64,000 nucleotides of DNA from Fimbriimonadales bacterium (GTDB taxonomy: Bacteria; Armatimonadota; Fimbriimonadia; Fimbriimonadales; ATM1). The stretch lies in the NCBI GenBank assembly GCA_041744215.1, contig JBGTLG010000032.1:1-64000 (forward strand), given 5' to 3'. How positions within the stretch are numbered: position 1 is the first letter of the stretch; each line of letters opens with the position of its first letter. Positions 36,932-46,618 of the stretch are shown in pieces. Both the position numbers and the translations under genes were made by a program. The notes beneath the pieces were generated by a model. The model was given only the letters and a program-made list of their open reading frames with translations, did not search any database and was not told the DNA's origin.

Positions 36932-39487
36932 TTATCTCCCGCCGAATCGGAACTCAAGTTCAAGGTCGAGCCCCTGGCTACGGTAACTGGCAGAATTTCC
37001 AACGCCAGTCGCTTCCCTATCTCGAAATCTGTATGTGCCGCGAAGAGCGATGCCAGGGAGAATGTCGTAGGAGTAGCCGAGACCGAAGTACGACTCCTTG
37101 TCTGGCAGGTAGCCAGAAATGTTTCCACGTCGAAACTCGAAGAACGCGCGTTGCTTGGGATCGATCGCGTAGGTCAGACTTGCAAACAGAGAGTTGACAT
37201 TTCTGTCGAAACCGGTCAAACCGCTGCCGCCTGACGACACATACGCGTAGTCGCCTATGAGCCTCCACTTCTTCAAAAACTGCTGTTCCAGTGAGACTCC
37301 GTAGATGAGGTTATCGCTTGTTCCCGACTGATTCGTAAATGAAACTTTCATCTGCTCGACACGCGTCGTCAGCCGTGTTGTTTGAGTTGGCGACCATGTT
37401 GCGAGCAAGGACGCGCCGGTTTGATTGCTATTAGAAAGATTGTCGCCGTTCGCTTCGGATCTCATGAAGTTTACATCGAGCGATAGAGAATTCATAGGCG
37501 TCCAAGACGCGCGCAGCTGGGCGATCTTCGAGTTGCCGGGTCCTGTTCCGAATCCAAACCCTGTCCCGCCTCCGCTGAAACCGTTTCCGTTATAGCCAAA
37601 GCCGTGGCCGCCGGTGTATCCTCCGATGCCTGTCACTGCGCCGCTGTTCGTGTCAGCAAAGAGCAGTTCCATGCGAAGGCTTGGCGACGGTGTCCATTCC
37701 GTTCTGAATGAGATGTCGCGGCCGACTCCAGATTTCTCCGATGTTCGTATTGCGTTGACGCCAACCCCCGCGCTGACGTTGAGCTGCTCGGTCATGCGGT
37801 AGCCAGCAGAGAAGCGTCCGCCATAGAGGCTAGTCGTTGCAAGCTCCTGCTTCGGCTGACCGTCTGCCGGAGACCGGACTTGCGTTGCACCAATCCCGGC
37901 ATCAAATGTCAGCTTGCCACTGTTCCACTTGTATCCCGTTTGTAGGCCATGACTTTGATTGCGAATGCCGTTGTACGCTCCATCCGAAGTGAGTGCGGTG
38001 AAATACAGGCTCTCGGCGTTACCACGATCTTGCGATGCGGAGAAACGAATGTCTCGCGTGTGCCCCTTGATCGTTTCGAGTTTGCCTTCGGAGTAGCGAG
38101 GTGTCCCAATCTGAAGTTGCTGACCCGTCAGAGACAGGTTCCATCCTTGCCCGAGCTTGTAGTTCAATCGAGACTCAAAGCCCGATGTATTGCGACCAAA
38201 TCCGGTTGTCTCGACGGTGACGTAATTGCTCGGGATGTCCATCCAGCGCGCGTCAAACGTCAGCTTCTCTGACTCGAATTTGTAACGTGCCGATTTGGCT
38301 TGGCCGGTTTGCGTGCCCGTCGGAGTCGCGAGTCGGCTTTGTGCGCCAGAAAAAGACAACAACTGTCCTGGAGCGATCTTCCACATGACATCAATTCCGC
38401 TGACTTGCCGCTTGCCGTTTCCAAAAGTGCCCGGATCGGGAGACGGAGTGTAGGTGACCCGAATGATCGAACTTGGTGGCATGAAACGCGTGAAGTAGAA
38501 GACCTGCGGATTGAACTCATCGAAGAAGTAGTCAAAGCCTTCGAGTTGCAAGAGTCCGTCTACGGTGATCGTAATCGGCTGCGTTCGGAGCGGCGGATTG
38601 AGCAGGTAGTAAGGTGTATTCGGCGCGCCGTAGCCTTGGAACGCCTCTGTGGTTTGCGATAGACCCGTCGCCCCTCTCGGCTGCTGCTCGATATGCGTCG
38701 CGCCAATTGATAGCGATGGTGAAATCTTGTAAGCGACATGACCACCGTACACATCTCCGCGGCTCTGGTTCTGCCCCATCGTTTCGTATGTGCAGACAAT
38801 TGTGCTCGTCGGAGGTATAGGGCGCTCAAAGAGAATCGTTCCGCCATACGTGTTGACAGTGTAGTCTTGTCCTAATCGTTGATCAACACCATCCACCTGT
38901 ACTCGCAATGAACCGTCGATGATCATTCCCGCTTGCAGATAGTAGGGTCCAGGTGTGTTGTTCCCTGTCAACGAAATGGTTCTTGCTGCAGATCGAGACT
39001 GCGTATATAGCGTGCTAACCGTCAGCGGACCGAATGTCGTCGAAGCTTGCGCTCCTCTCATGCTTCGGCTAAAACGGACTAACTCGTTGTTGGAAGGCAG
39101 ACGAGCATTGATGTCACCGACGTCGAAGCGCATCCCATTGCGATTGTAATTGACGGAGACGCGTCGGTCCATGGGTTGGCCGAACGGGTTGTTATCAAGC
39201 TGCATGTCGAAGTTGAGTACTCCGAGCACGTTCTTCCCGGAGATTGAGACGCTGCGCTCGTCAATAAAAGTCCCCGTCTGGCCACGATTCCACTGCTCGT
39301 AGAATGCCTCTTGGTTGCCGTCGATTCTGTGGAGCCTGAGCGCAAATTTTTGGTTACCCGTGATCAGGATCTTCTTGAAGACGTTTTGCTCGATCCACTC
39401 GAACAGGTCCGGCTCCGATTCCTCGGGTTGGCCGGCTGCCGCGACCGCCAGTGCCACGGCCCCAACGAGGCACAAAAACCTGTTCAC
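36932..39487 (-). CDS. Outer-membrane beta-barrel protein (851 aa) with two SprA-like inserted domains
   Basis: Signal peptide; many amphipathic strands; C-terminal LDLELEFRF; IIDGSLRVQVDG..GQDYTVNTYGGTILF. Confidence 0.75.
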   Translation of the reverse strand: MNRFLCLVGAVALAVAAAGQPEESEPDLFEWIEQNVFKKILITGNQKFALRLHRIDGNQEAFYEQWNRGQTGTFIDERSVSISGKNVLGVLNFDMQLDNNPFGQPMDRRVSVNYNRNGMRFDVGDINARLPSNNELVRFSRSMRGAQASTTFGPLTVSTLYTQSRSAARTISLTGNNTPGPYYLQAGMIIDGSLRVQVDGVDQRLGQDYTVNTYGGTILFERPIPPTSTIVCTYETMGQNQSRGDVYGGHVAYKISPSLSIGATHIEQQPRGATGLSQTTEAFQGYGAPNTPYYLLNPPLRTQPITITVDGLLQLEGFDYFFDEFNPQVFYFTRFMPPSSIIRVTYTPSPDPGTFGNGKRQVSGIDVMWKIAPGQLLSFSGAQSRLATPTGTQTGQAKSARYKFESEKLTFDARWMDIPSNYVTVETTGFGRNTSGFESRLNYKLGQGWNLSLTGQQLQIGTPRYSEGKLETIKGHTRDIRFSASQDRGNAESLYFTALTSDGAYNGIRNQSHGLQTGYKWNSGKLTFDAGIGATQVRSPADGQPKQELATTSLYGGRFSAGYRMTEQLNVSAGVGVNAIRTSEKSGVGRDISFRTEWTPSPSLRMELLFADTNSGAVTGIGGYTGGHGFGYNGNGFSGGGTGFGFGTGPGNSKIAQLRASWTPMNSLSLDVNFMRSEANGDNLSNSNQTGASLLATWSPTQTTRLTTRVEQMKVSFTNQSGTSDNLIYGVSLEQQFLKKWRLIGDYAYVSSGGSGLTGFDRNVNSLFASLTYAIDPKQRAFFEFRRGNISGYLPDKESYFGLGYSYDILPGIALRGTYRFRDREATGVGNSASYRSQGLDLELEFRFGGR

Positions 39488-39494
39488 TTTACAG

Positions 39495-40571
39495 TTAAGA
39501 CGTCCCGGACAACGACGGGAGATGCTTTATTAGTATATCTATGTTCCGCCGGGCGAGGGCCTTCTGCTCCGGGACTTTCCTGGCAAGCGTCTCGATGTTC
39601 CGCGTACGCTCGCCCTCGAAACGCTGGAAATTTGCCCAAAGCGCATCGGCGGTCAGCCCGTCGGCTGAGATGGCGGAGCCCATGTCCATCGCCGCGGAGA
39701 ACGCTGCGACCTTCGGATCGTACGCCACCATCATGGGAGGTACGCCAACTGAGGCCGAGAGGATTCCCGCATGAAGTCGCATTGCGACGACTGAATGCAT
39801 CCGCCTAAGCCGCGACAACAGGGCTCCAGGCGTCTGAATGTTTCTCATGTCCGGAGCGCGACCGCCGTGAAGCTTCGCTATCTGATCCAGGATGGCTGTA
39901 TCCACCTTACTGTCCATTTCGACGAGAACCGGCACGTATTGGTTCTTGTAAAGCAGCTGCGCGAACCCACCGAAAGCGGCTGCGACGTCTTTTCCTTTGC
40001 CCCATGGCCTTGCAGCGATACCAACGGCTTTCATGCCGCCGATGCCGAACGTGGAGTCAGGCGTGTCGTCAGGCTCGGTAAGCCATCCGAGGTCCGCCGT
40101 AACTTCCACCGGCCGCTTCACACCTAGCGCGCGCAGGGCATTTAAGCTTCCTGCATCCCGCACAGTAATTTCATCCACCATCTTTAGTGCGTTGGACGCC
40201 ATCTGCTTTCCGAAGAACGTATTGACGGGCCCAACACCCTGCGCAAGCATCACTACACGCTTCTTGTGCTTTTTTGCAAAGTGTATGAGCTTCGTGTAAT
40301 AGCGCATGCTCATCGCACTCGTTACATCTTGGAGGATCCCGCCGCCACCAAAAACGAGCGCATCTGCCGTCTCCAGTTCCTTCGCAATTTGATCGAAGCT
40401 GCGCCGCTCGATCGCCGGAATGCCGAGAGTTCTTTGGAGTCGCTCAGGTTCGCCAGCGAGCGCGACCGGTCGAATGGGCAAGTCCTTCATGGCGGTCAGG
40501 AGCCCCATGAGTAACGCATCGTCGCCCATGTTTCCACAGCCGTAGTATCCGGCGAGAACAATTTTGCTTAC
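39495..40571 (-). CDS. csaB: Polysaccharide pyruvyl transferase CsaB
   Basis: KIVLAGYYGCGNMGDDALL (extends upstream of ATG 40529), GGGGILQDVTS, AQGVGP, TVRD, AMRLH, YDPKV; start codon uncertain. Confidence 0.85.
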   Translation of the reverse strand, partial: VSKIVLAGYYGCGNMGDDALLMGLLTAMKDLPIRPVALAGEPERLQRTLGIPAIERRSFDQIAKELETADALVFGGGGILQDVTSAMSMRYYTKLIHFAKKHKKRVVMLAQGVGPVNTFFGKQMASNALKMVDEITVRDAGSLNALRALGVKRPVEVTADLGWLTEPDDTPDSTFGIGGMKAVGIAARPWGKGKDVAAAFGGFAQLLYKNQYVPVLVEMDSKVDTAILDQIAKLHGGRAPDMRNIQTPGALLSRLRRMHSVVAMRLHAGILSASVGVPPMMVAYDPKVAAFSAAMDMGSAISADGLTADALWANFQRFEGERTRNIETLARKVPEQKALARRNIDILIKHLPSLSGTS

Positions 40572-42463
40572 GCTAGCGATGATCTGCCCCTACAGAACCT
40601 GCTCATTGCAACCCACACAAGAAGGCCAACTATACCGCCCACGACGACGCCGGTTAGAACCCGGACAACGCTCACTTCGATAGGCGTGTGGAGATGACAA
40701 AACGTGTTGACAATACTCGCCTGCCCAATTGCCGCGACCAAGCACGCGAGCGGCAGGTATCGACGTTCTCCGGTCGCCGCCATCCCCAACGCAATCACCA
40801 GCGCCGGATGACCCACGAGTGCCTCCTTGGTTCGGGGCCGTTCAGGGAAGAACCGTTCCAGGAGGTCCCGGAACTGCAATTCTAAACCACTCACCGCGCC
40901 AGGCGCCTCGTTGCCTGTGCGCAAAACCGTAAAGCCCAGCGCTGCTGCGATGGCCGTGAAGATGCCGACGTCCAACCACGTGACGTGACCACCGGCCGCA
41001 GCCCGAAAGCCCGAAGCTTCCAGAAGCAGATACCCTCCGATAAGCAACGGTGGCAAAAAGTGCGCGGCCTTGACGCCGATAAACTGGTCGACCTGAACCA
41101 TGTACTGCAGCGACGTTAGCATCGCTGCAACGTGGAGACCGCCGATGATGCTCAATCCACACACGGCGAAAAACGCTAACGTCCATTTAACGTGACTGCC
41201 TTTCGAGCCTCTCGATGAAAACAGCGGGACCATTGCAAAAAATGGAAACACCAATGCGGCAGCGAGAGCAGACAGCTTTAGAGATGGCTCCAACATTCGT
41301 CCCGTCGCGAATCCGATTACGATCATCCCCGCAAGCACGGCAAGTGCAGCGAGGCCAGTGTTGCGCAAAACGCGATCTGTCGCGATGCGCGACCACATCC
41401 AAAATCCTAGCAACAATGCGCCAAACGCTGGAATAACGCGGAGCAGCAGAGGGACATCTGGCGCTGAGATGGGTTTAGGAACTCGCGCATTCGATCCTTC
41501 GGCCAGCAGCTTGCTTCTCAGTTTCGAGATGAACTCAGTGAATGACGCCAGAGGATTTTCATCTGAAGGCCGTGGCGGACGTACTAACAGGACCCGAATG
41601 TTTCTCTCGCGAGCAGCTCGAACATACCGATCGAGGATTGCGCTCACGGAGTTTTGCGGCATCTCTGCCGCCTGCACGCTGTGGACTCTCAGGTGAGAGT
41701 CGATGAGCTTCGACTTCAATTGTCGGTCTCCGGCTTGCTTGCCAAACTCTACTGATCCGTACCAGACGTTCTTCTCGGTCAGCGATTCCGAGGCCGCCTC
41801 TATCTGTTCTTCCCAACCCAAAACCTGGTCGCCCGTAAAGATCACTCCTTTCGCGTCGACAGCGGCAAGTTCTTCCACAACCCAGCGAATCGACGTCTCG
41901 CTCGCGGCGGGTGGATTCGTAACCCTGCCAATCAGAACGAGATTCGCAGACTTGATGGAATCGCACAAAGCTCGGTTGAAACCAACGCCGACATTCTTAA
42001 GCTCGAACACCGGCGCAGGAAATACAAACTCGGCCCGTTGCGGCTCATCGGCCCTCAACGTCATACCTGTCGCCTCTCCCGATTCTTGATCCCCTCTCGG
42101 AAAACGCATCAGCAACGCGGCTCGAACGCGCTCGAACACCTCCGGATCTGAGAAGTAGTATTGCCGGTCGCCTGGCCGTTCCGGCATCGCAACCATCTGG
42201 CCGTTGACAAGCAGCTGATCGATCGTCTCTTCGCCAACAATCACCGCCGTCATCCCAGCCCTTTGCAGAGAGCTAAAGGCTTGCTCAGTTTCGAGCCCGG
42301 ATGCTGCCGCGATCAACCGGATGTCTTCAATGGGAACCGCAACGTGTACCGCACGTGCAGAGGCCTCGACGCGATGCCGCGATAACGCAACCCATCCGCT
42401 CGCCAAGGTACTCGCGAGCAACACGGCCCATAGCCACAGTGGCGGAGTCAACCTTGCGCTCAT
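40568..42463 (-). CDS. DUF5693-family membrane protein
   Basis: RAARERNIR, LRTGN, RPRTKEALVGHP, SIVNTFCHLHTP; the family is typically next to csaB. Confidence 0.85.
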   Translation of the reverse strand: MSARLTPPLWLWAVLLASTLASGWVALSRHRVEASARAVHVAVPIEDIRLIAAASGLETEQAFSSLQRAGMTAVIVGEETIDQLLVNGQMVAMPERPGDRQYYFSDPEVFERVRAALLMRFPRGDQESGEATGMTLRADEPQRAEFVFPAPVFELKNVGVGFNRALCDSIKSANLVLIGRVTNPPAASETSIRWVVEELAAVDAKGVIFTGDQVLGWEEQIEAASESLTEKNVWYGSVEFGKQAGDRQLKSKLIDSHLRVHSVQAAEMPQNSVSAILDRYVRAARERNIRVLLVRPPRPSDENPLASFTEFISKLRSKLLAEGSNARVPKPISAPDVPLLLRVIPAFGALLLGFWMWSRIATDRVLRNTGLAALAVLAGMIVIGFATGRMLEPSLKLSALAAALVFPFFAMVPLFSSRGSKGSHVKWTLAFFAVCGLSIIGGLHVAAMLTSLQYMVQVDQFIGVKAAHFLPPLLIGGYLLLEASGFRAAAGGHVTWLDVGIFTAIAAALGFTVLRTGNEAPGAVSGLELQFRDLLERFFPERPRTKEALVGHPALVIALGMAATGERRYLPLACLVAAIGQASIVNTFCHLHTPIEVSVVRVLTGVVVGGIVGLLVWVAMSRFCRGRSSLA

Positions 42464-43134
42464 GTAGGCAGCGGCTCCTTCTCTTCATCGTCCTTTTTCG
42501 CTCGACGGTCCCCGAGCAAGAGCACAAGCAGCATGCCCGCAAGGAAGCCCCCAGCGTGGGCCCAATTCGCGACGCCGGGCTGGATGAAAACAACCTGAAC
42601 AATGAACCAGAAGCCAAGCAAAAGCCAGGCCGGAACCGGGAACGTCAAGAAGAAGAGCGGGGGGACAAACACCTCGATATCGGACGCCGGATACAGCAAA
42701 AGGTAGCAACCCATGATCCCTGCGATTGCGCCGGAAGCTCCGAGCATCGGCACACCGCTCCCCGGAGTGACGAACGTCTGGGCCAGCGCGGCCGCTACTC
42801 CGAAGAAAAGGTAGAAGAGGGCATAGCGCGGCGCGGCGAAGTGCTCCTCCACCCGCGGACCGAAAACGTAAAGGAACAGCACGTTCGCGATCAGGTGCGC
42901 GAGGTTCGCGTGAAGGAAGGCGCTTGTGAACAAGGCCAGGAGCGGCTCTACGTCCCAACTCTTGAGAGCGGCGACCACTTCGACCGGCCGTACAGCCAAA
43001 TCGGTGAAAACAACGCGCTGCCCGAAAACCGCCCAATCACGATCCCACAAATAGATAACTGTGAGCAGGATGATTAGAGTGTAGGTGACCCACGGCACCT
43101 GCTTGCGTTCGGAGTGATCGCGGAGTGGGACCAT
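42460..43134 (-). CDS. Rhomboid intramembrane serine protease
   Basis: FLHANLAHLIAN, GASGA, AHAGG. Confidence 0.92.
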   Translation of the reverse strand: MVPLRDHSERKQVPWVTYTLIILLTVIYLWDRDWAVFGQRVVFTDLAVRPVEVVAALKSWDVEPLLALFTSAFLHANLAHLIANVLFLYVFGPRVEEHFAAPRYALFYLFFGVAAALAQTFVTPGSGVPMLGASGAIAGIMGCYLLLYPASDIEVFVPPLFFLTFPVPAWLLLGFWFIVQVVFIQPGVANWAHAGGFLAGMLLVLLLGDRRAKKDDEEKEPLPT

Positions 43135-43157
43135 GGACGCCGCGACAGGTTACCCGG

Positions 43158-43376
43158 CTATTCGAGAGGGTCAACTGCGGCGCAAGGTGAATGGAGCAAG
43201 ATGCCGGCAATGGTCGGGCTGCTCCCGTAGAGGCGCGCGATGCTGAGCGCGACCGAGCCTCGCTCACGAATGAACGGTCCGGGCCAGCCACAGCCGGCGC
43301 ACACAGTCCGGCTGGCGACGTCTAACCGCTCGCAACCGGGACAAACGAGTATGTGCCTCTCAGGATTGTGTTTCAT
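43158..43376 (-). CDS. Small zinc-ribbon protein (72 aa)
   Basis: CPGC..CAGC; fills a gap, co-oriented with neighbours. Confidence 0.4.
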   Translation of the reverse strand: MKHNPERHILVCPGCERLDVASRTVCAGCGWPGPFIRERGSVALSIARLYGSSPTIAGILLHSPCAAVDPLE

Positions 43377-43467
43377 GCACCCACACCTAACACCTCTTAA
43401 CTCTCGGCTACTCGAGGCGCGCGTTCAAGACCGTTCGCAGAAACCCGGCAAACGTTCCCGCGAAAAA

Positions 43468-44382
43468 CTACGGGCGCTCGGCGCGCAAAAATGACTCGAC
43501 AGCTTTGCCCACCTTGCCCAGAGACTCGGGACTGCACTTGTCTACCGTGTCTTGGCTTGTGTGCCAGTACTCGTAGTCAAAGTCGATCAGGTTCATGGTC
43601 GGGATCCCGGCTTGATTGAGGGGAATGTGGTCATCTTCGATCCACGGGCCTGCCACGTTTGGGAATGTCTCGCCAAGGCCGATCGCGTGTGCGTGCTTGT
43701 AAAAGCGGTCAACCAGGGTGCGAGCATAGTAAACCGAGTTCGGTTCGCGCGGGACTCGAAGATCCTTGTCGCCGATCATATCGAGAAGGATTCCGTACCA
43801 GTAGTCCTTTGGGTTCGCGAGCTTTGCGAAGTGTTTTGCACCGAGGAGCATCTCGGAGAGTTCGGGCCCGAGGTCTTCGCCGTCTGTAAACAGGAAAGTT
43901 ACGTTGACCGCCGGTGGATTCTCCTTGAAGACGCGCATCAACTCGAGCAGAACTGCGACGCCACTCGCGCCGTCGTTTGCGCCAATGATCGGCTGATCGC
44001 GCTTCGATGGATCGTCGTCGTACTCAGCAGATGGCCGGGTGTCCCAGTGCGCGAGCAACAGAACTGTCTTCGGCTTGCCAAAGTTCATCTCCGCGACGAC
44101 ATTCCACATCGTGAGTTCTTTGCCGGTTCGCGACCACTTGTGGGTGAACTCCTGGAGAGACACCTTGTCCGTGTACTTCTTCGCTTCCGCCGCGATGAAG
44201 TCCCGGCATTTTTTGTGCGCCTCGGAGCCAGGGGGCCGAGGGCCGAAATCGCATTGGGCCACGAGGTGAGCCCACGCCTTTGATTGGTCGAATAGGGTCT
44301 CTGGGTGCTGCGGCTCGACCGCGCTGTGGATTAGAGCACAAGCGGGCGTGGACGCTGCGCAGAGAGCGAGCGCAACGATCAG
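43468..44382 (-). CDS. M28 family peptidase / glutaminyl cyclase-like protein
   Basis: AHWDTRP, GANDGASG, DGED, LDMIG, DDH, WHT; start uncertain (CTG 44382 or ATG 44481). Confidence 0.9.
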   Translation of the reverse strand: MIVALALCAASTPACALIHSAVEPQHPETLFDQSKAWAHLVAQCDFGPRPPGSEAHKKCRDFIAAEAKKYTDKVSLQEFTHKWSRTGKELTMWNVVAEMNFGKPKTVLLLAHWDTRPSAEYDDDPSKRDQPIIGANDGASGVAVLLELMRVFKENPPAVNVTFLFTDGEDLGPELSEMLLGAKHFAKLANPKDYWYGILLDMIGDKDLRVPREPNSVYYARTLVDRFYKHAHAIGLGETFPNVAGPWIEDDHIPLNQAGIPTMNLIDFDYEYWHTSQDTVDKCSPESLGKVGKAVESFLRAERP

Positions 44383-44954
44383 CGCGCCGTGTAACGAGGA
44401 GATCGAACGGCGCCTGTTTTCCCTTTGAGCACCACTTCGAGTGTAGTCTCCGTGTTGCGTGTAATCTGAGACTTGTCCCATACCTTCCAGTATCCCACAG
44501 CTCCGCGCGCCAGACTGGCGGGCATCGCCACGGAATATGACTTCCCTGGGTTGACCGCCGTTCCGTCGATCTTCACCTCGACTACACGGGAGTTGGCGCT
44601 GGCGGAAGGATTGAATACGACCTCAACGCCAGAAACCTGGAGGAACGCATTGTTCGAGTCCGGGAAGGTGCTCACCGACCTTTCGATCGCCTCGATGACC
44701 TGCTTTCCAGTTAGGTCAACTACGACGACCTCCTCAGTGCCGTACTGGACAAACGCTGCGAGATCACCGCCGGGATCAGGAACCTTGAAAGTCGCCGCTG
44801 ACACGAATGCCGCCTCCGCTCCTGCCAATGACTTGATTTCGTCCGCCACGGCCTGGGCACGCGCATTTGGGCCTGCACCGACATCCGAGGACATCTGCGC
44901 AAAGCCTAGGCTCGCCAGCAAGGCGAACAGAAGTGTTAGGCGCGGCTTCACCAT
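44379..44954 (-). CDS. Secreted 5'-nucleotidase C-terminal-domain-only protein
   Basis: Signal peptide; LTGKQV-x-EAIE, FLQVSG, Y-x-VA...LARG..GY. Confidence 0.8.
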   Translation of the reverse strand: MVKPRLTLLFALLASLGFAQMSSDVGAGPNARAQAVADEIKSLAGAEAAFVSAATFKVPDPGGDLAAFVQYGTEEVVVVDLTGKQVIEAIERSVSTFPDSNNAFLQVSGVEVVFNPSASANSRVVEVKIDGTAVNPGKSYSVAMPASLARGAVGYWKVWDKSQITRNTETTLEVVLKGKTGAVRSPRYTAR

Positions 44955-45016
44955 ATGTTCAGTTAGACATGACTCCCACCCAATCGTTTCGGCGCTTCCT
45001 CCGAAAACTGGAGTGG

Positions 45017-46118
45017 TTAGCGAACGTCTCCTCCCCGAAGGTAGGCGTTGATAAAATCTCCGATGTTCCCTTCCAGGACAGCTTGGACGTTGCCAGTCTC
45101 CATTCCCGTTCGAGTATCTTTCACCAGGGTGTACGGCTGGAGCACGTAAGATCGAATCTGGCGACCCCACTCCGCTGACGGGGTTTCCCCTTTCAGCATC
45201 TTCAGGTGCTCCTCGGTCTTGTCACGCTCCAGTTCCACAAGTTTAGCAGCCAGGATCGACATGGCCGTCGCTCGATTCTTATGCTGGCTTCGCTCGGTCT
45301 GGCAGCCTACAACAATCCCGGTGGGGATATGGATGAATCGGACTGCGCTTTCCGTTTTGTTGACGTGCTGCCCGCCAGCCCCGCTTGCCCGGAAGGTCTC
45401 GACCCTGAGGTCCTCCGGCTTAATGTCAACTTCGCTTACCTTGACTTCGGGCAGCACCGTGACCGACGCAAACGAGGTGTGCCTGCGTCCGCTTGCATCG
45501 TACGGGCTGATACGCACCAGGCGATGGACGCCCTGCTCGCCCTTCAAGTACCCGTAAGCGAGTGATCCTGAGACCATGAACGAAATGCCGCGCAGCCCTG
45601 TGACGTCACCCGGAGACGACGTCAGGATTTCAACTTTGTAGCCGCTTTGCTCGGCGAACCGCGAGTACATGCGGAATAGCATCTCCGCCCAATCGCAAGC
45701 CTCGGTTCCTCCCGCGCCCGCCCCAATTTCGACGATGGCGTTGTTCTCGTCGTAGGGACCGCTCAGCAGCGTGGCGAGTTCAAGGGCATCCAGATCCTTG
45801 AGAAAACGGGCGGCCATCTCGCCGAGTTCCGTTTCAGCCCCAGGGTCCCGCTCGGCCTCGAGCAGATCGCGAAGCTCAATGACATCGTCGTAGGTTTGGA
45901 CCAATAGGCGATATGGCTCAAGACGAGAGCGAAGAGCCGCCATGCGGCGCATCACTTCTTGGGCTTTGTCGGGATCGTCCCAAAAATCTGGTTCTTGGGA
46001 CCGTTTATCGAGGTCTGCTATCTCGCGGTCTGCATTATCGAGGTCAAAGATGACCTCCGATAGCGTCCAGGCGACCGCGTGCCTCGGACAGCGCTTCGTG
46101 CAGATGTGCTTCGACCAT
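45017..46118 (-). CDS. prfB: Peptide chain release factor 2 (programmed +1 frameshift)
   Basis: ATG 46118 gives MVEAHLHEALSEARGRLDAIGGHL, then CTT-TGA-C; the second frame has SPY and GGQ motifs. Confidence 0.97.
46043..46058 (-). promoter_or_regulatory. prfB frameshift cassette GGAGGT-CAT-CTT-TGA-C
   Basis: Internal Shine-Dalgarno 3 nt before the slippery CTT TGA. Confidence 0.95.
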
Positions 46119-46162
46119 GCGCTGAGAGGATACCCTTCTCCTCCCAAGTGCCCGGACGGGCC

Positions 46163-46618
46163 CTACCAGTAAGGGGGCACTGAGAATCCTGCCGCGTCTC
46201 CGTCCTTAGTGTTCAGAGGGTCGATCTCCTTTAGGTGCCACCCGTCTTCTGTGCGCTCGAACTCGAGATTGTATATGTTTCGATAAACCCCGCCCCAGTC
46301 GTCCTTGGCGTCAGTAACTGCAACGACTCGCGCCGTATCTCCGAACGGGTAGCGGACCTTGATGTAGGCGAAGTCTCCGACCAACAGTCCCTTCTCCGCT
46401 GCGTACTCAACGTCACTTTTGAACTCTTTTCCGTACCGAGCTGTGCAGAACTCTACCCAGGCATAAGGCAGAGCGGAGACAAACACCCAGATAAACACAA
46501 GCCGAAAAACTGCAGGTTTTTCAGCCGAGTTCCCAACCTTTGTGAACAACACCGAAACCCACGTCACTGCCGCAGCGATCGTGAAGCAGACAATAGCGTA
46601 AAGCATCAACCCCAGCAT
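46163..46618 (-). CDS. Hypothetical membrane protein (151 aa)
   Basis: Two N-terminal TMs; GAGGG RBS. Confidence 0.7.
   Translation of the reverse strand: MLGLMLYAIVCFTIAAAVTWVSVLFTKVGNSAEKPAVFRLVFIWVFVSALPYAWVEFCTARYGKEFKSDVEYAAEKGLLVGDFAYIKVRYPFGDTARVVAVTDAKDDWGGVYRNIYNLEFERTEDGWHLKEIDPLNTKDGDAAGFSVPPYW

Noticed and set aside
46119-46147. Continuous prfB ORF from 46147
   Set aside because: The canonical frameshift cassette and ATG 46118 explain the true N-terminus
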